Positions 1 through 13,400 of a DNA stretch of 64,000 bases are shown piece by piece. The notes beneath the pieces were generated by a model, which saw nothing but the letters and a program-made list of their open reading frames with translations, was not told the origin of the DNA and made no database searches. Origin of the DNA: Aplysia californica (Eukaryota); assembly GCF_000002075.1 (NCBI RefSeq), contig NW_004797355.1, positions 1,166,602-1,230,601 of the forward strand. The letters are read 5' to 3'. The position numbers and the translations under genes were made by a program. The stretch's first letter is position 1, and each line of letters opens with the position of its first letter.

Positions 1-1063
1 ATAGACAGCAATTTTGGAATCAATATATCCCGCAGGGTGAAAATGGGCTTTTCACTAAACCAAATAAAAAAATGTTATCGAGGAAATTATCCCGCTTTCC
101 AAGACAATCGAGGAACCATGCCATGCTTTGATCCCTGTCGTCTTGGGCTAGCGAAGATGAAAATGGTACAGTCGTAAATTAAGAGCTGCCATGAGAATGC
201 AGACTGTTGAGGTGTAGGAAAGTCCTAGCTGCAGATCGTCTACGAATAGACGTCTCGTGGGACTCAACTACTGAAATCTGCACCCTGGGGGCTTTTAAAA
301 AGTCTGCGCATGGTGAGTGTTCGACCTGAAATGATCATTTTGGGGGGGGGGGGATTCACTATAGATCTAAACTGACGGAACTTCTCTACTCATGACACAA
401 AAGGTCTTCAGGGCACCTAAGCATTCTTTCCATGCCGTGCGCAGAACTTACAAAATGTCGGGGATGGTGAGTTTATGGAGATGTAATGTTCGATACAAAA
501 AACTCCCTGCTCTTTACTAAACTTAACCATGATCTCAGCAGGCAAAAGAAATTTGGGGAAAAACTATCGGTAGACTACTGTTGACTTGTTAGACTCTGTA
601 GCTTGCAATGTGGCGCTATTGTAGCAACTTTTAGGGGTATGCCTAAAGCAAACGGGTGTGTCATGCTACGAAAATGGGGACAAAGTTGAAAACGCGTTGC
701 TTTTTTTAATGAACCAACAGAGCAAACCCCTCTCATGGACTTATCTAACATGAATATCAGACAAATTCCATTTGGCTTCCAAATGTTATGTTCAAATCAG
801 AAAAGCGAAACGTCAGTATGGAGGAAGATATTTACGAAACAATTTGTACAGTGTTTTTTTATTTTTGGATCACCTTGTATTTCCCAGTGACACAGTGTTT
901 GGCAAGTTCACTTCTGAAAACGTAGTTAAATTCTCGAATTCATATCCTACAAACACTATAGAGTGAAAAGGATCGGACTGCTGTGCTAGTTTGTGGACGT
1001 TGAGTTTGAAAAAGGAGAAGCTCCTCGACACAATAATGGTCATATGGTGCAGGGAAGAAGCAA

Positions 1064-1106
<43 letters not shown>

Positions 1107-1109
<3 letters not shown>

Positions 1110-1520
1110 AGGCAGCGTGGTGGAATCAGGCTCTCGTCAAAATAATCAAAGTGAACAAACTGACATTTTTCCGCCGGTTTGTGAATTTTTATCGAATTTT
1201 TGGTTTTTGGCTCAACACCTTTCATGCCCATTAAAGAACACATTTCTGTGTGTATTTTACTGAAAAACGTTGATTGAAGGTACAACATAATTAAATTTTC
1301 AGCTGCCACGGACTCTCAAGTTAGGGAATTTTCTCACTAATTTTACCTCTAAAACCATGTGACCCCCATCTCCTTTATTCGCAAATATCTCGACTTGTAA
1401 TCAGGATAAATGAATAATTTTTTCATCCAAATAAAGACAAGTGAACAAACTTTAAGATGATATCAATAACCCCACATGCTCAAGAATTGACGAGAGCCTG
1501 ATTCTACCACGTCGTGACAC
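1107..1520 (+). mobile_element. Non-autonomous TIR element, family A (probably MULE-derived), copy 1
   Basis: Imperfect ~34-bp TIRs GTGAGGCAGCGTGGTGGAATCAGGCTCTCGTCAA / TTGACGAGAGCCTGATTCTACCACGTCGTGACAC; flanked by (TA)n and (CA)n; six copies in the window. Confidence 0.85.
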
Positions 1521-2103
1521 ACACACACACATATATATATATGAAGGTATTGAGCAGGTTGGTCAGTTTCTGCATTCTTCATTCATCAAGTACTTCATTT
1601 AATTTTGTTTCCAGTGCGATAAGATAAGGTCCACTGATAAGCCTTTAAACATCTCTTAAATGGCTTTTTCTACTTCTTCATCTTTTAGTAACAGTAACAT
1701 GTGTTTAAAATTCCAACAATTTTTCAATAAGATGATAATTGAATAATACCAAAAGTATTAATTTATCTGTTCTTTTTAGGTTACAAGTCTTTATGAAGAG
1801 TATTTTTTGTTTGGTAATAAGATGAATAGATTAGTACAAAAGCTTCAAGCCATCAAACATCAAAATAGGACGGAAAATTATATAGAATACGGGATAAGTG
1901 TTCAGCACTCTAAAGCTTTACTATGTCATGTCACAATCAGTAAGTGGACATATTTTCTATATTTTCAAGGAGGAACATCAATCGTGAACACAGAAATGAC
2001 CGGAAGTCTTCAAACTTAAATTTTCAGTTTTCTTAAAACTTGAAGACAAACGTGACATCTCTGGTTTTCCCCTTGCACCAGTCATATATGTATAACATAT
2101 ATA

Positions 2104-2281
2104 TAGTTTTAGTAAAAGTTTTACGGCACTTGCAACACAATAAGGTCATATAAGTGCCGAAGATTAGAGGTGTTACAGGAGATATAACAAACACAAAAAA
2201 GAAGGAGGGGAGATAAAGACGATAGATGTTTGATAGCAAAGAAGAAGCAAATCACACCAGAGTACCCACCAACCACCCACC
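2104..2281 (-). mobile_element. Retroposon 3' fragment, body A plus shared hairpin tail
   Basis: Matches 60002-60182 and 60340-60495; degenerate copies at 54090-54247 and 20040-20120. Confidence 0.75.
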
Positions 2282-2615
2282 TATATATTATATATTGACA
2301 GAAACAACAAAGGGAATGAAAAGAAACTGGATCTATCAGTGGCGCCCTCTAAACACCTGCCTAGTGTGCTAAGCAGTGGTAACGGAAAGTGGGGTTGAAA
2401 TAATAGGTGTAGTGTTTTACACGAACACACAGAAGGTTGGGTTTCACTATTATAAAGGAATACACAGTGTGTAAATGAACATGAGTGTAAAAACACAAAC
2501 CCATGCACATAAATATAAATCACAGGGAAAACAACTGAAATTCAACATATTTATTTGTATTTTGATACTGGTAGCCACAAAGATTTACAAGACACAAAAG
2601 GTCTTTATAATAATT

Positions 2616-3068
2616 GTGTCAAGACGCGGTGCAATCAGGCGCTCGTCACTTTTGGGACATATTGAGTTATTGACGTCATCTTTAAACTTTAAGCTTGCTT
2701 CTTTGTGTACATTTTAATGAAAAAAGATACCAATCTATCTGGAATGGAAGTCAAGGTTTTTGCAATTGAAAGAGGCGGGGTCACCTGGTTTCTGCAGTAA
2801 AATTAGCGAGAAAATGGCCGCCAAAGTTTGGTGACTTCCATAGCAGCTTCAGAGTCCTTGGAAATTGAAAATGTACATTTTTGTGTGCCTTAATCAACGA
2901 TTTTTAGAAAAATCAACACATAAATCATAAACGTGTTTTTAAATGAACATGAAAAGTGTTCAGCCAAAAAAAGAAAAATAGAAAAAAATTGCCGAAATGC
3001 CTAGAAAAATGCTGGTTTCTTTGATTTTATTATTTAGACGAGCGCCGGATTTCACCACCATGCCTCAC
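2616..3068 (-). mobile_element. Family A TIR element, copy 2 (inverted)
   Basis: Same TIRs and internal sequence as 1107-1520 in reverse orientation. Confidence 0.85.
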
Positions 3069-4130
3069 AATTAATATATAGTGAGAGAGGGANNNNNNNN
3101 NNNNNNNNNNNNNNNNNNNNNNNNNNNNNNNNNNNNNNNNNNNNNNNNNNNNNNNNNNNNNNNNNNNNNNNNNNNNNNNNNNNNNNNNNNNNNNNNNNNN
3201 NNNNNNNNNNNNNNNNNNNNNNNNNNNNNNNNNNNNNNGAACTTAAACCAGCATTGTTTTTAATCAACAAGACTGAAGTTTAAAATGATAATCTGACAAA
3301 ATCATACATATTTGATATTTAATTTAGGAAGACAAAGTGTCATAGACAGGCATTTCAGTGTTACTCAAATCCTGACAAAACTATCCTCCATTGAAAAAAC
3401 AAAACACACTTGCACGCTTAAAGTTACATTAAAAAAAAGAAGTTTACAGAAAAATTTAAAAGGAAATATCATGAGGTGTTCAAAAACAAGAAATACCCCT
3501 TAATGCAATAGCAATTTATGTACATATTTACAAAGAGAACACACCTCCCACTGAAAGAGATAGCTCTTACTTTTTTGTTACTACAGACTGCAGCCAATTC
3601 CATTTGACTAGGAAAATTCTATGTTAGTCTTAGGGGTGTGGGGTGGCACATGCCCCCAGCCGGGTTCATGGACAACGTACCGGTGGTGGTTCAGGTAGCA
3701 AAGTGCCCCCCCCCCCTTCCCCAACCATGACCAAATTGAAATGTTGTGCTTATAGAGGCAGGATTGAAAATTTGAAAATAACGTTTGGCAGCCCGTTTAA
3801 AGAGATTATTGCCAACAACCCATATCACTCATTTTTACAAGAGTGTGTGTTGTTTTATCTGATTGTACGACCTTACGTAAGAAGATTGGAAGCACTGTAT
3901 CCACTCAGCCACTATGAGTGCTGAAGTAGTATCATAGAAAACGAGGTCTTTGTCTTTACTAAAGTCTGGTTATAGCCGGTCAAACATTTCAACTTCAAAC
4001 ACAATACACCTCTATGCTGCTCTCATCTGTATTTCTCTACTCTCCATTCTCCTACTCTTCTTTCCTGAACTGTCTCATCTAACTTGACACCCCCTCCCCC
4101 CCCCCCCGCGCTCCGTGTGGAGTGTCATGG

Positions 4131-4446
4131 ATTAACCCCTTATGTTCGGCCAGCCACTCTCAGTGGCTCGTGGTCTGAACCCCTGTGTCGGTGTGCCGCT
4201 GACAGCAGCTCGGGCACATTCCTTTATGACGACTTCGATGTCAAATTACTCTTCGGCAACTGCCGAAAACAGGTCTCTTTTACCAGGAATTTTCATCACA
4301 TGAAGACCTATCAAAATAGGTCACTTATTTTGATTTAATGACCAATTTAGAGGCGTACCGTACACGTCACTTTTAAATTTTGAACCAAAAAAGGGCCATG
4401 GCATAGTGGGTTTACCCCCCCCCCCATCCTGGAAATAAAGAGTTAA
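4131..4446. mobile_element. piggyBac-like MITE in the HMGXB4 3' UTR
   Basis: TTAA at both ends (TTAACCCCT...AAGAGTTAA); related inverted copy at 6164-6376. Confidence 0.55.
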
Positions 4447-4458
4447 AACTAGTATCAT

Positions 4459-7400
4459 TTACAATCCCGGCATAACATAAGCCACACTGTCTAGTGTCTG
4501 TGCGTGGACCGAGGGAGAGCACCCATCCATGCCGGGGATCTGCTGCGTGAGGCACAGCAAGGGGCCGCAGGCACACAGCAGCGAGTCCAGGAGAACTGAC
4601 AGGCTGCCCTGGACTGCGATCATTCCCTGTGGGAGGAGAGAGGGAAAATATTTGTTAAAGCACAGCTCTATCTTTAGTGTCACAGGCACATAGTGGTCAA
4701 ACTTGAGGTACTTTAAAAACAAAAAAACAAAGTGTCTCATGGCTGAACATAAAGCATCAATTACTTAGAGGAAACCTACTTTACTTTATGCTGCAAGTAT
4801 GGCCCCAGGATCTCACACTGAAATAACTTTGAACAACACAAGACCACTGCGTTTTACAAATTTCCTCAAGAGTGGAGAGAAGGTGAGTTTTTGCTATTAT
4901 GCTTCCATCAATACACAATAAATAAAAAAAAAAATTAGTAAAGTAGCCCTAAGAAAGATACTGAGCAACTGGGTTTGAAAGACTGGACCTTTAAAAAGTT
5001 GTTAAATATTTCTAATTCTGCTTAGAGCAATTTGAGTAATGCACCTGCTTTTTTAAGCTTCCCCATCAAAAGAGAAAAGTGCTCAGTTCAAATAAAAACG
5101 AAAATTTTTCTGAAAGGTCTTACCAAACATCTGAATAAAATTTAAAAAACACTCAAAACATTTTCAAAATGGGACAATTCACATTGATGACCAGGCCTCA
5201 CCTTATGCTCTTGAAGCCTCATTCCAATGATACTGAGGGACTCGCCCAGCAACTTCAAGTGAGCAGCTACATCAATAGGCTCTATGCTGAAATTTTGCTG
5301 GAAAAAGAAAAACTCAAATAGGTTATTTATATTTCTAATAACATACAGTACTATGATGGACTGCAGCGCTAGCTTTCGAAGGCAGTAAAAGAAACGTAGC
5401 AGGGCTGATCTAGATAAAGATCTGGATAAATGGCAGTCATGAAAAAGTTACACAACCCATTAAATCTACATTAACACTGTCTTAATTATGCTTTCTGTTT
5501 TTTGTGGGTTTTTTTATAATCCACATGGAATTGGGAAGTGCATAATATTGTCCCTGCCACTCAAAAATAAAGATTTATCTACAATTTTTTGGGTTGCTCA
5601 CAAGGTAAATCAATGTCAAACGTGGTTAAGATTTATTATTGCAACTGCAATGACATATTACGACAAATTCAGAAGGTGCTGCTGGACCATGTTTCGCCAG
5701 AACAGATGTATTGCATACAAGAAAAGTACTCAATCGAAAAGCAGCAAAGTGTATACTGGCGTTTACACATAACTCCTTAAACTAAAACGCACACATTGTG
5801 GAGCACTTCATGAAAAGCATGTTACTTTCTTATACCATAGATTAAATAACTTAACACACAGTTGGTTTTTAAAAAAAAATACCTTGGTAGGACTCTGGGG
5901 AGAGTCATCAGAAAGAGATCGGGGAGATTTCTGCAGGATCGTGGACAGCTTCAGTCCAGAGTTAAGCTGATTTATACCACCCATGGTTAGAGGACCGGCC
6001 GAGGTCAGCTGTGCCTCTTTTGAGACCTTGCCAGTAGAGATGAGATGGGAGCCTCTTTTCATCCTCCGCTGGGCCTTTCTTCTCCAAGACTTAAAGAAAA
6101 CAGGGGTAAGATTATGAATTAGACATTATACCCTCGCGGCATTTTCTGTACATATACTAACCATTAACTCTTTATCTCAAAGTGGGGTAAACCCACTATT
6201 GGCGCTCATATGACCTTATGCAGTTGTGCTTGCCGAAAAACATTACTAAAATAAAACTAAAACCCACTATGGCGGGGCCTTCTTTTGGTACGAAATCTAA
6301 AAGTGACATATATGTCACTAAATTGGTCATTAAATCAAAACAAGCTGGGAGCAGTTTGCCAGAGATAAGGAGTTAATCTACTGATAATGCTGGTATCATC
6401 ATCTTGACCTATCACTCGTGTGCACACCTGTGTGCCAGTGTTTTATTGAGGTCGATTTCCACTACGGGGATGATTCCATATTTCTATGATATCTTAAAAA
6501 TAGTTTCTAAGATCTTTTCAAAGATATCTGTACTAAATATTCATACAAACCAACTCCTTTTAGAATTTACTCCCTTGATAACATTTTAAAAGGAAATGCC
6601 ACTCAGAATTCAGACATACGAAATTATGGTGATTGCAAATGATTGTAAATGTATATCATTGCCATTCAGATCATTTTGAATCTGTTTCTTTAAAAGGGGA
6701 TAAAGAAAATAAAAATGCCAACCTTCTGTTAAAATATATACATAGACAAAATTGACCATTAAAAAAGGAAAGAAGGGTGATGTCCTTCAGTAACCAGCAA
6801 ATAATATCGATAGTCCTGTAAAGCAAAGAGTACTTGAACAAAAAAAACCCAACAAACTTATAGATAATGTTAAAAGGGTAGCCTGGAATCTACTTACAAT
6901 CTTTTGTTTACTTGACAGAGTCTGCCACATCTCCCCTAGTTTTCTGCTGATTCCAGCAAATTCTGAGAAGACAGGAGATTTAAAAAAATAAAAATGAGAT
7001 CGAGAAAACCTGGAAAACAAAATTGTGTCTGAAGGTTTGCAATAAAAATAGTTCTGCTACTCATTGGAAACACAGTCCTGTAAGACAATTTTGAACATTT
7101 AGTCAAGATATTTGAGATTGAAAGAGGTGGGGGTCGCCTGGTTTCACAGGTAAAATTAGCGAGAAAATGGCCGTCAAAGCTGTGACTTCAAAAGCTTGAG
7201 AATCCTTGGAAACTGAAAGCTTACATTTTTTGTGCCTTTTTAAATGTACATAAAAGTTGTTGAGCCAAAATACAAAAATTTGAGAAAACAAAAAAGAAAG
7301 AAAAAAAGAAAAAAAAGAAAAATCGATTTAAAAAAATGCCAACATCTTCAATTTCATTACTTTGACGAGTTCCTGATTTCACCACAATACCTCACATATG

Positions 7401-10400
7401 CACAATTTCTATCGTTACTTTCATCAGCCCCAAGAGAGCACAGCCCATAGACAAGATCACAGACATCCAGGCTCTTTGTCTTTTTCTCCAATTCAATTCC
7501 AACCGATCCAAGTTCCCTTAGGTCTGCCTTGAAGACTGCATCATGAGTTCCTTGAAATATCTCTTACCTTTTCCTCCCGACATTCCAGTTTTTGGATTTT
7601 TTATGAAGCTGGTGACCATCACATTTTTCCTCGTACCAGTCTGACGTAAATGTTTAAATTTTTAATCATAATTATCTTCAGCTGGGATCAAAATTTTCCA
7701 GTACATTGTTAATCTTATCTTATATCAGGTACATTAAGCAAAAAAAAAAGCAGAGTCTAACTACCAGAGTATGTACTCACCGATACCAGGATTTTCGTTG
7801 ACAATTGTTGGCCTGTGAGTGTTACAGAACAACATGTAAGCTGTGGGGGCTCGCTTAGGCAACTTTTTCTCCGGCTTTTCCCCCTGAAACAATAGTGAGT
7901 TGAAATTTTTTTTTTCAATTTTCATACTTGCGATACTCTGAAAATTAATTTGTGTATCAATATAGTTGCCCAAAACATGCAATTTCTTTAGAGAAAAAAA
8001 ATCTTTTGTCTCTCAGTTGAGGGTACAAAAAACAACAACAACCCTTTGCTCTGCAATAGGAAGGGATGGAAAAAACTTCTTGCAAAAACAAGCCAAATTT
8101 TCATTTGAAAAGTGGCAACGATAAAAGATGCATGGGGGGTCCACATCTTCCACTTGACACTTACAGCACCGTTGTTATTTCTGCTCAGTACCGCTGGCCA
8201 ACTCGACCAGGCACACTAAACAAAGAACGGAACTTCTCCACCGAAGTAAATATCAAGGGAAATCACTCTATGTGATAGCTGAATCGTAGATGTAGCGCTT
8301 CAAATTTTATAAGCACGTTATTGAGCTATGAAGGGTTTTTTTTTTTACATTTTTCGTTCTACCATGGCTTAGGATCACTATTCTAGATCTAGAAATTCAG
8401 GTGGGCATGCCTACCCTCTCCAAACAGAATGAGAGTTTTATCATGATGTCTATATGTCGCAAAAGAGGTTTTTCTATAAAGTACATTTATTTCTGAATAT
8501 ATCTTGAAAATTTCATGTAATTCTGTCAATGACTTTTTTTTCAATGAATTTTTTTGTAATGTACCCGAATTATTTTGTTGGCCTCTAAATCAGTGCGGTA
8601 CTCAAGGGTGTTTCATGACCCTGCAGAACTGTAAGTGTTAAAAGAATTTAACTTGTGTGTCCAGAGTTTAAAATAATGTATTAAATAAAATTGGCAATTA
8701 GTGGAATGAGAAAAAAACTCAGAGAACAAAAATGAGGCGATCTTGAAACCAAGTCAGAATAAAAATCAAAACTGTAAAGGAGCCTCCTGAGTCTTGAAGA
8801 GGAAAACACAGAAAGAAACGGGACACCCTATTCGCCGATTATACTGCAACGGAAATAATATAAAACTGTAGACCTTTCTTTTGCTCTTATGATTTCGACT
8901 ACTCTTAAAATAAAAAACAGCCGAAGAACATCCACTGAAAAGCGCCAGCAGAGATAATCAGAACCACTAGAAGCAGATGTGTGTGTGTGTATGTGTGTTT
9001 TTTTGTCTATAAATTGTAAAAATTATTGTAGGTAAGAAAACTGTCAACCAGCTCGGATGGGCCAAAACCTCAACTGAAAGATAACATCATTGGGAAGTAT
9101 CAATTATTCCCTCAAGCACTGCGTCATTCCCCAAAACAATTCTGTTTGGACACTCTTCCAGTAGAGTGACTGACAGAACATAGTTCTGAATTCATAATGC
9201 ACCGTAACAGACCAAAAAAAAACAACAACCCCAGAGCCTTAACAAAGTAAAAAAACAACATTTGTGAGGCATTGCTGTGAAATCAGGCGCTCGTCAAAAT
9301 AATGAAATTATAGAAACTGACATTTTTCTGCCAGTTTGGCAATTTTTATTGAACTTTTGTTTTTTGGCTTAACCCCTTCAATGCTGCAGGTAAAATAGCC
9401 CATCTGTGTTTACTACCAGTAAATCCTTCTTGTGCGGCAGATGTGTATACCTAGATCTAGTTCTAATCTTCTCTTCGAGCTAAAATCTGAATCAGACGCT
9501 TTCAAATAGCGGGAAAATGGAGGCAAACATAAAGGGAAGGTACTTCAATAACAATTACAAGAGTTTAGCACTAACTTCCCTTTTAATTCGTATCAAAACA
9601 ACCTCTTTCATAGTCCCATATATAAATTCTATGAGCCATAGGCAAAGCGCTACACGGTACAGGCCTGTATATTCTATGAGCGCAGCAGCGAACAGGATAA
9701 CACCATTGTTATCCAATTAAGAACATATTTCTGGGTGGATTTTACAGATAAATGTTGATTAAAGGCACAAAAAATGTAAGTTTACGATGTTCACAGACTA
9801 TCAAGCTATGGTAATAACCAAACTTTGGCGGCCATTTTCTCGTTAATTTTACCTTTGAAACCAGGCGACCCCATCTTCTTCAATCTCAAATATCTTGACT
9901 TCCATTCAAGAAATATGGGCATTTTTTTCACAGATAGCAAGACAAGCGAACAAGCTTCAATATGATACCAATAACTCCACCAGCTCAAAAATTGACGAGC
10001 GCCTGATTCCACCACGTCGCGGCACGTTTAGAAAAATACAAAAAAATAGAGCCAATTTTTCTCTTACCTTTGAGGGTGATAATTTCCCTTTTCCAGATGG
10101 AGCTGAAATGAGATCAAGTAAACAGGATGAAGAGACCAAATAAAAAGGGAAATGAGGACATTAAAGCAAACTTAATTATTTCATTAACAGAGGGACATCA
10201 TCATACTTTAAATCTAATCAACTTTTTACGCACAATTCATTTTGAAATCACAGCTTAGTCCACAAACAGAGTGGAATAAGCACACACACACACACAAGAA
10301 AAGGCACAGACTCAATTTATAAGAATAGAAAAAAAATAACCTTCGTCCCTAACACGAGTCAGTGGTCATTGCAAACCTTCTCCACAATGTCATACAGACC

Positions 10401-13400
10401 TACCTTTTTTCTTCAACACTGTCTTTTTTCTCTTCTTTTCCGTTTCAGCTATGACCAAGTTGACCTCATCTTCTTCACCATCCTCTTCAAATGACAGTTC
10501 AGACTTAACTGCCGAGTCCGAAGGGCTGTCCCTGCGGTATTCAAATATTGATACTTAGAATCAGAAAAGAGCGTAGGCCTTAATGATCCCACAAATCATA
10601 TCCCTGAACAAAGCTGATGAAGATTGAAGAACCATTGCATGTTTACAGACCTGCCACTCTATGAAATCTAAAAATCAGGATTTTTGAGTAAAAAAAATCA
10701 GGATCTGGTGAAAAAAATCGGGATCAACGGCAAATCAGTCATAAGGGACACTGGGGAAGGAGGGGGGTCTCCTGGTTCCCTTGAGGCAAGTATACAAAAC
10801 AAAACTTTTGCGGGAATAAGTTCACGTTTGGGCCTCTAAATAGAGGGAAAACTGAAAGACAGCATATATGTACTCGAGTCGAAGTTGGATAGACTGGGGG
10901 AGCACAGGTTGCAACAATGCTGAAACTCTCGTAGTCTTGAAAATAGCTGGCAAATAACTCTAATCATCCATGCAAAAAGCCCGCGTTTTCATACAATAAC
11001 AACGTTTGACTTCCATCGCATATACAATCAAGGCACCCCCCCCCCCCCCAAAAAAAAAAGATCGCGCGAAGGTTGTTCATTTATTTATTTTTTCTTATTC
11101 CTTTCCCCTCAGTTAGTATCTGTATCACGGCACGCGCAATAAGCCCAAGTGAAAAAAAAATACACCCCTCCCTCCCCCGATCGTCCACACTGGTTAAGTC
11201 CCGAAAAACACCTCGACCGGTGTGAATGAACTTCGTTGTCCTCCACTACTAACGGTCCCCGACACACACACTATTCACACGTACGAGATCAGCTAGGTCA
11301 CGTGATGCGAATGAGCGTTTGAAAGTTTCACTGACAGGTCTTGATGATGGGCCCGACTAACCAGCACTCAGACCGAGCTTGCTTTTAAAGCAACGGCAGA
11401 ACAACGAATATATTATTCTTAGGCTAAGTCATAATTGTTACAGTAATCAGGACACCATCGGAGAATTCCGGGTTATAAAAGCGAAAGTATATCTTAAGCG
11501 TGTCCAAGTCTGAATTCAAAATCGATACTTCGCCGATTTTAGTTGAAATAACGTGCGTGAGTCGTTTACTAGATTCGGCATAGATGCCTTAGAAAAGAGC
11601 GTTCCAAGTTCCTGTCGATAAAAAGTTCAATCGGTGCTTTCAAGCAAAAGAAATTGCAGAACTTTCTATATTTTTTTCTCAGAATCGGATGCAACAGACG
11701 CAACGACAAAAAATCAGGATACTGGCGATCGAAATCGGGAAAATCGGGATCCTTGAGATTTGGGACAAAAAATCGGGATATCCCGGTTAAATCGGGATGA
11801 GTGGCAGGTCTGATGTTTTTATGCCATAATTCCCTCAGCCATTCCTACCTGAGGACATGCATGTAAATTAATTTTTATTCAGATTTAATTACTCTTTCTC
11901 TTGCAATTTTCCTAAAGGTTAGACATATTTTTAAAAAAAGCAGTGTCACTTGGTGCAAAGGTAGGCTACTTGCCCTTAATCAACAAAGTCAAAAAGAGTA
12001 CGTTCAACATAGCAACAAAGTACAGCAGACCAGCACTAAACATAGCGAATAACTTTTGGAAGCATGAACATAACAGTAGATGAATAAATAATCCGTGAAA
12101 GAGTGTTTCCCACTAGAAGAAGCCTGTCATCAGAACTTGACAAACCAGCAGCCACTGTAAGTGGCCAGACATTGGGAAATAATTAATAGTAGGACTAAAA
12201 AGACAATACAATTGACAAAATATCTCTTTGTGAGTCAGGTGATTATATATACACAATCAAAACAAAATTATTTCATATGTTAAAAAAGAAAAAAGCAAAA
12301 AAAGCAACAACCCCCCCTTCCCCCTCCCCCAGACCTTAACCTAACCTTTGTAACATCCACTGCTGTTGTAAACGGACCAAGACAAATTTTCCCCAGCGAG
12401 ATGAATAAAGATTGTCATTGTCAACCAAGAGAAAAATAATATTTGATGAATCAGTAATTTCTTCACGATTATTCTATTGAATAATTCAAACGAAGACTAA
12501 AATGTACAAATTTCAAACTGCTAAAAGCCAACAGGTATAAAGATTACCCAGATAACAAGGGAGATGCTGCTTTGGGTTTTTTCTTCGGTTTCTGGCTCGC
12601 TTTCTGCACAGCTACACCGGAGGAAACAGCTTGTCCGGCCAGGGGACCTTGAGACGCAACTAAAATGACATCATGACAGAATTATAATCAGAAAAAAAAA
12701 ATCAAAAGATTATTCTCTGAAATTCAATCAACGCAACACATGATGTGATTAAATCCGAACCCCCAGGCCAACCCTCCCACTCACTTTGAGAAATTAACAT
12801 TTTATACATTCATTTTTTTATTTTAGCAGACAAAACCGTTTCTTTTAAGCAACCAATACTAACACTTCAAGTTATCTTTTTGTTGTGGGTTCACTTAACA
12901 AAACTTCTCCCAACTAACATTGTGGCATGCTCCATTTTGTTATCACTCGAGGCACTTGCAATTTATAAGTATAACATTTATGTGGAACACATCAGCAATT
13001 TCAATAAAAGCACAATAGAACAAGACCCAAAAAAAGACATATGTAGTATATACAAAGGACACATTCTGAACAACAGTAGCTGACAAATAAAACATAAAGT
13101 GTACAGTGTACCTTAGTAAAAAAAAAGCATATAAGATAAATACAAAAGGAAGAATAAAAATTAGACAACTGCTTTTTAAAACAACCCAACATACCTAGTG
13201 CAGCAAGATTTGGCATCTGTTTTGCTGCAGAAATCGCGTCTTGTATCAGCTTTTCTTTCTTCTTTACCAGTTTCTTTGGGGGGTTTTTCTTTGCTGGTTT
13301 CTTGACATCTACATCGCTGTCCGACCCAGGGCCACTGAGCATTCCAAAAGAAACATCTGAGGCGAAGCTGTCGATTGTCGTTGTCTCCTGCTTTGCCTTT

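Noticed and set aside
1-1040. Transposon-like sequence at the left edge
   Set aside because: It looks repeat-derived, but no termini, TSD or coding motif could be established within the window.
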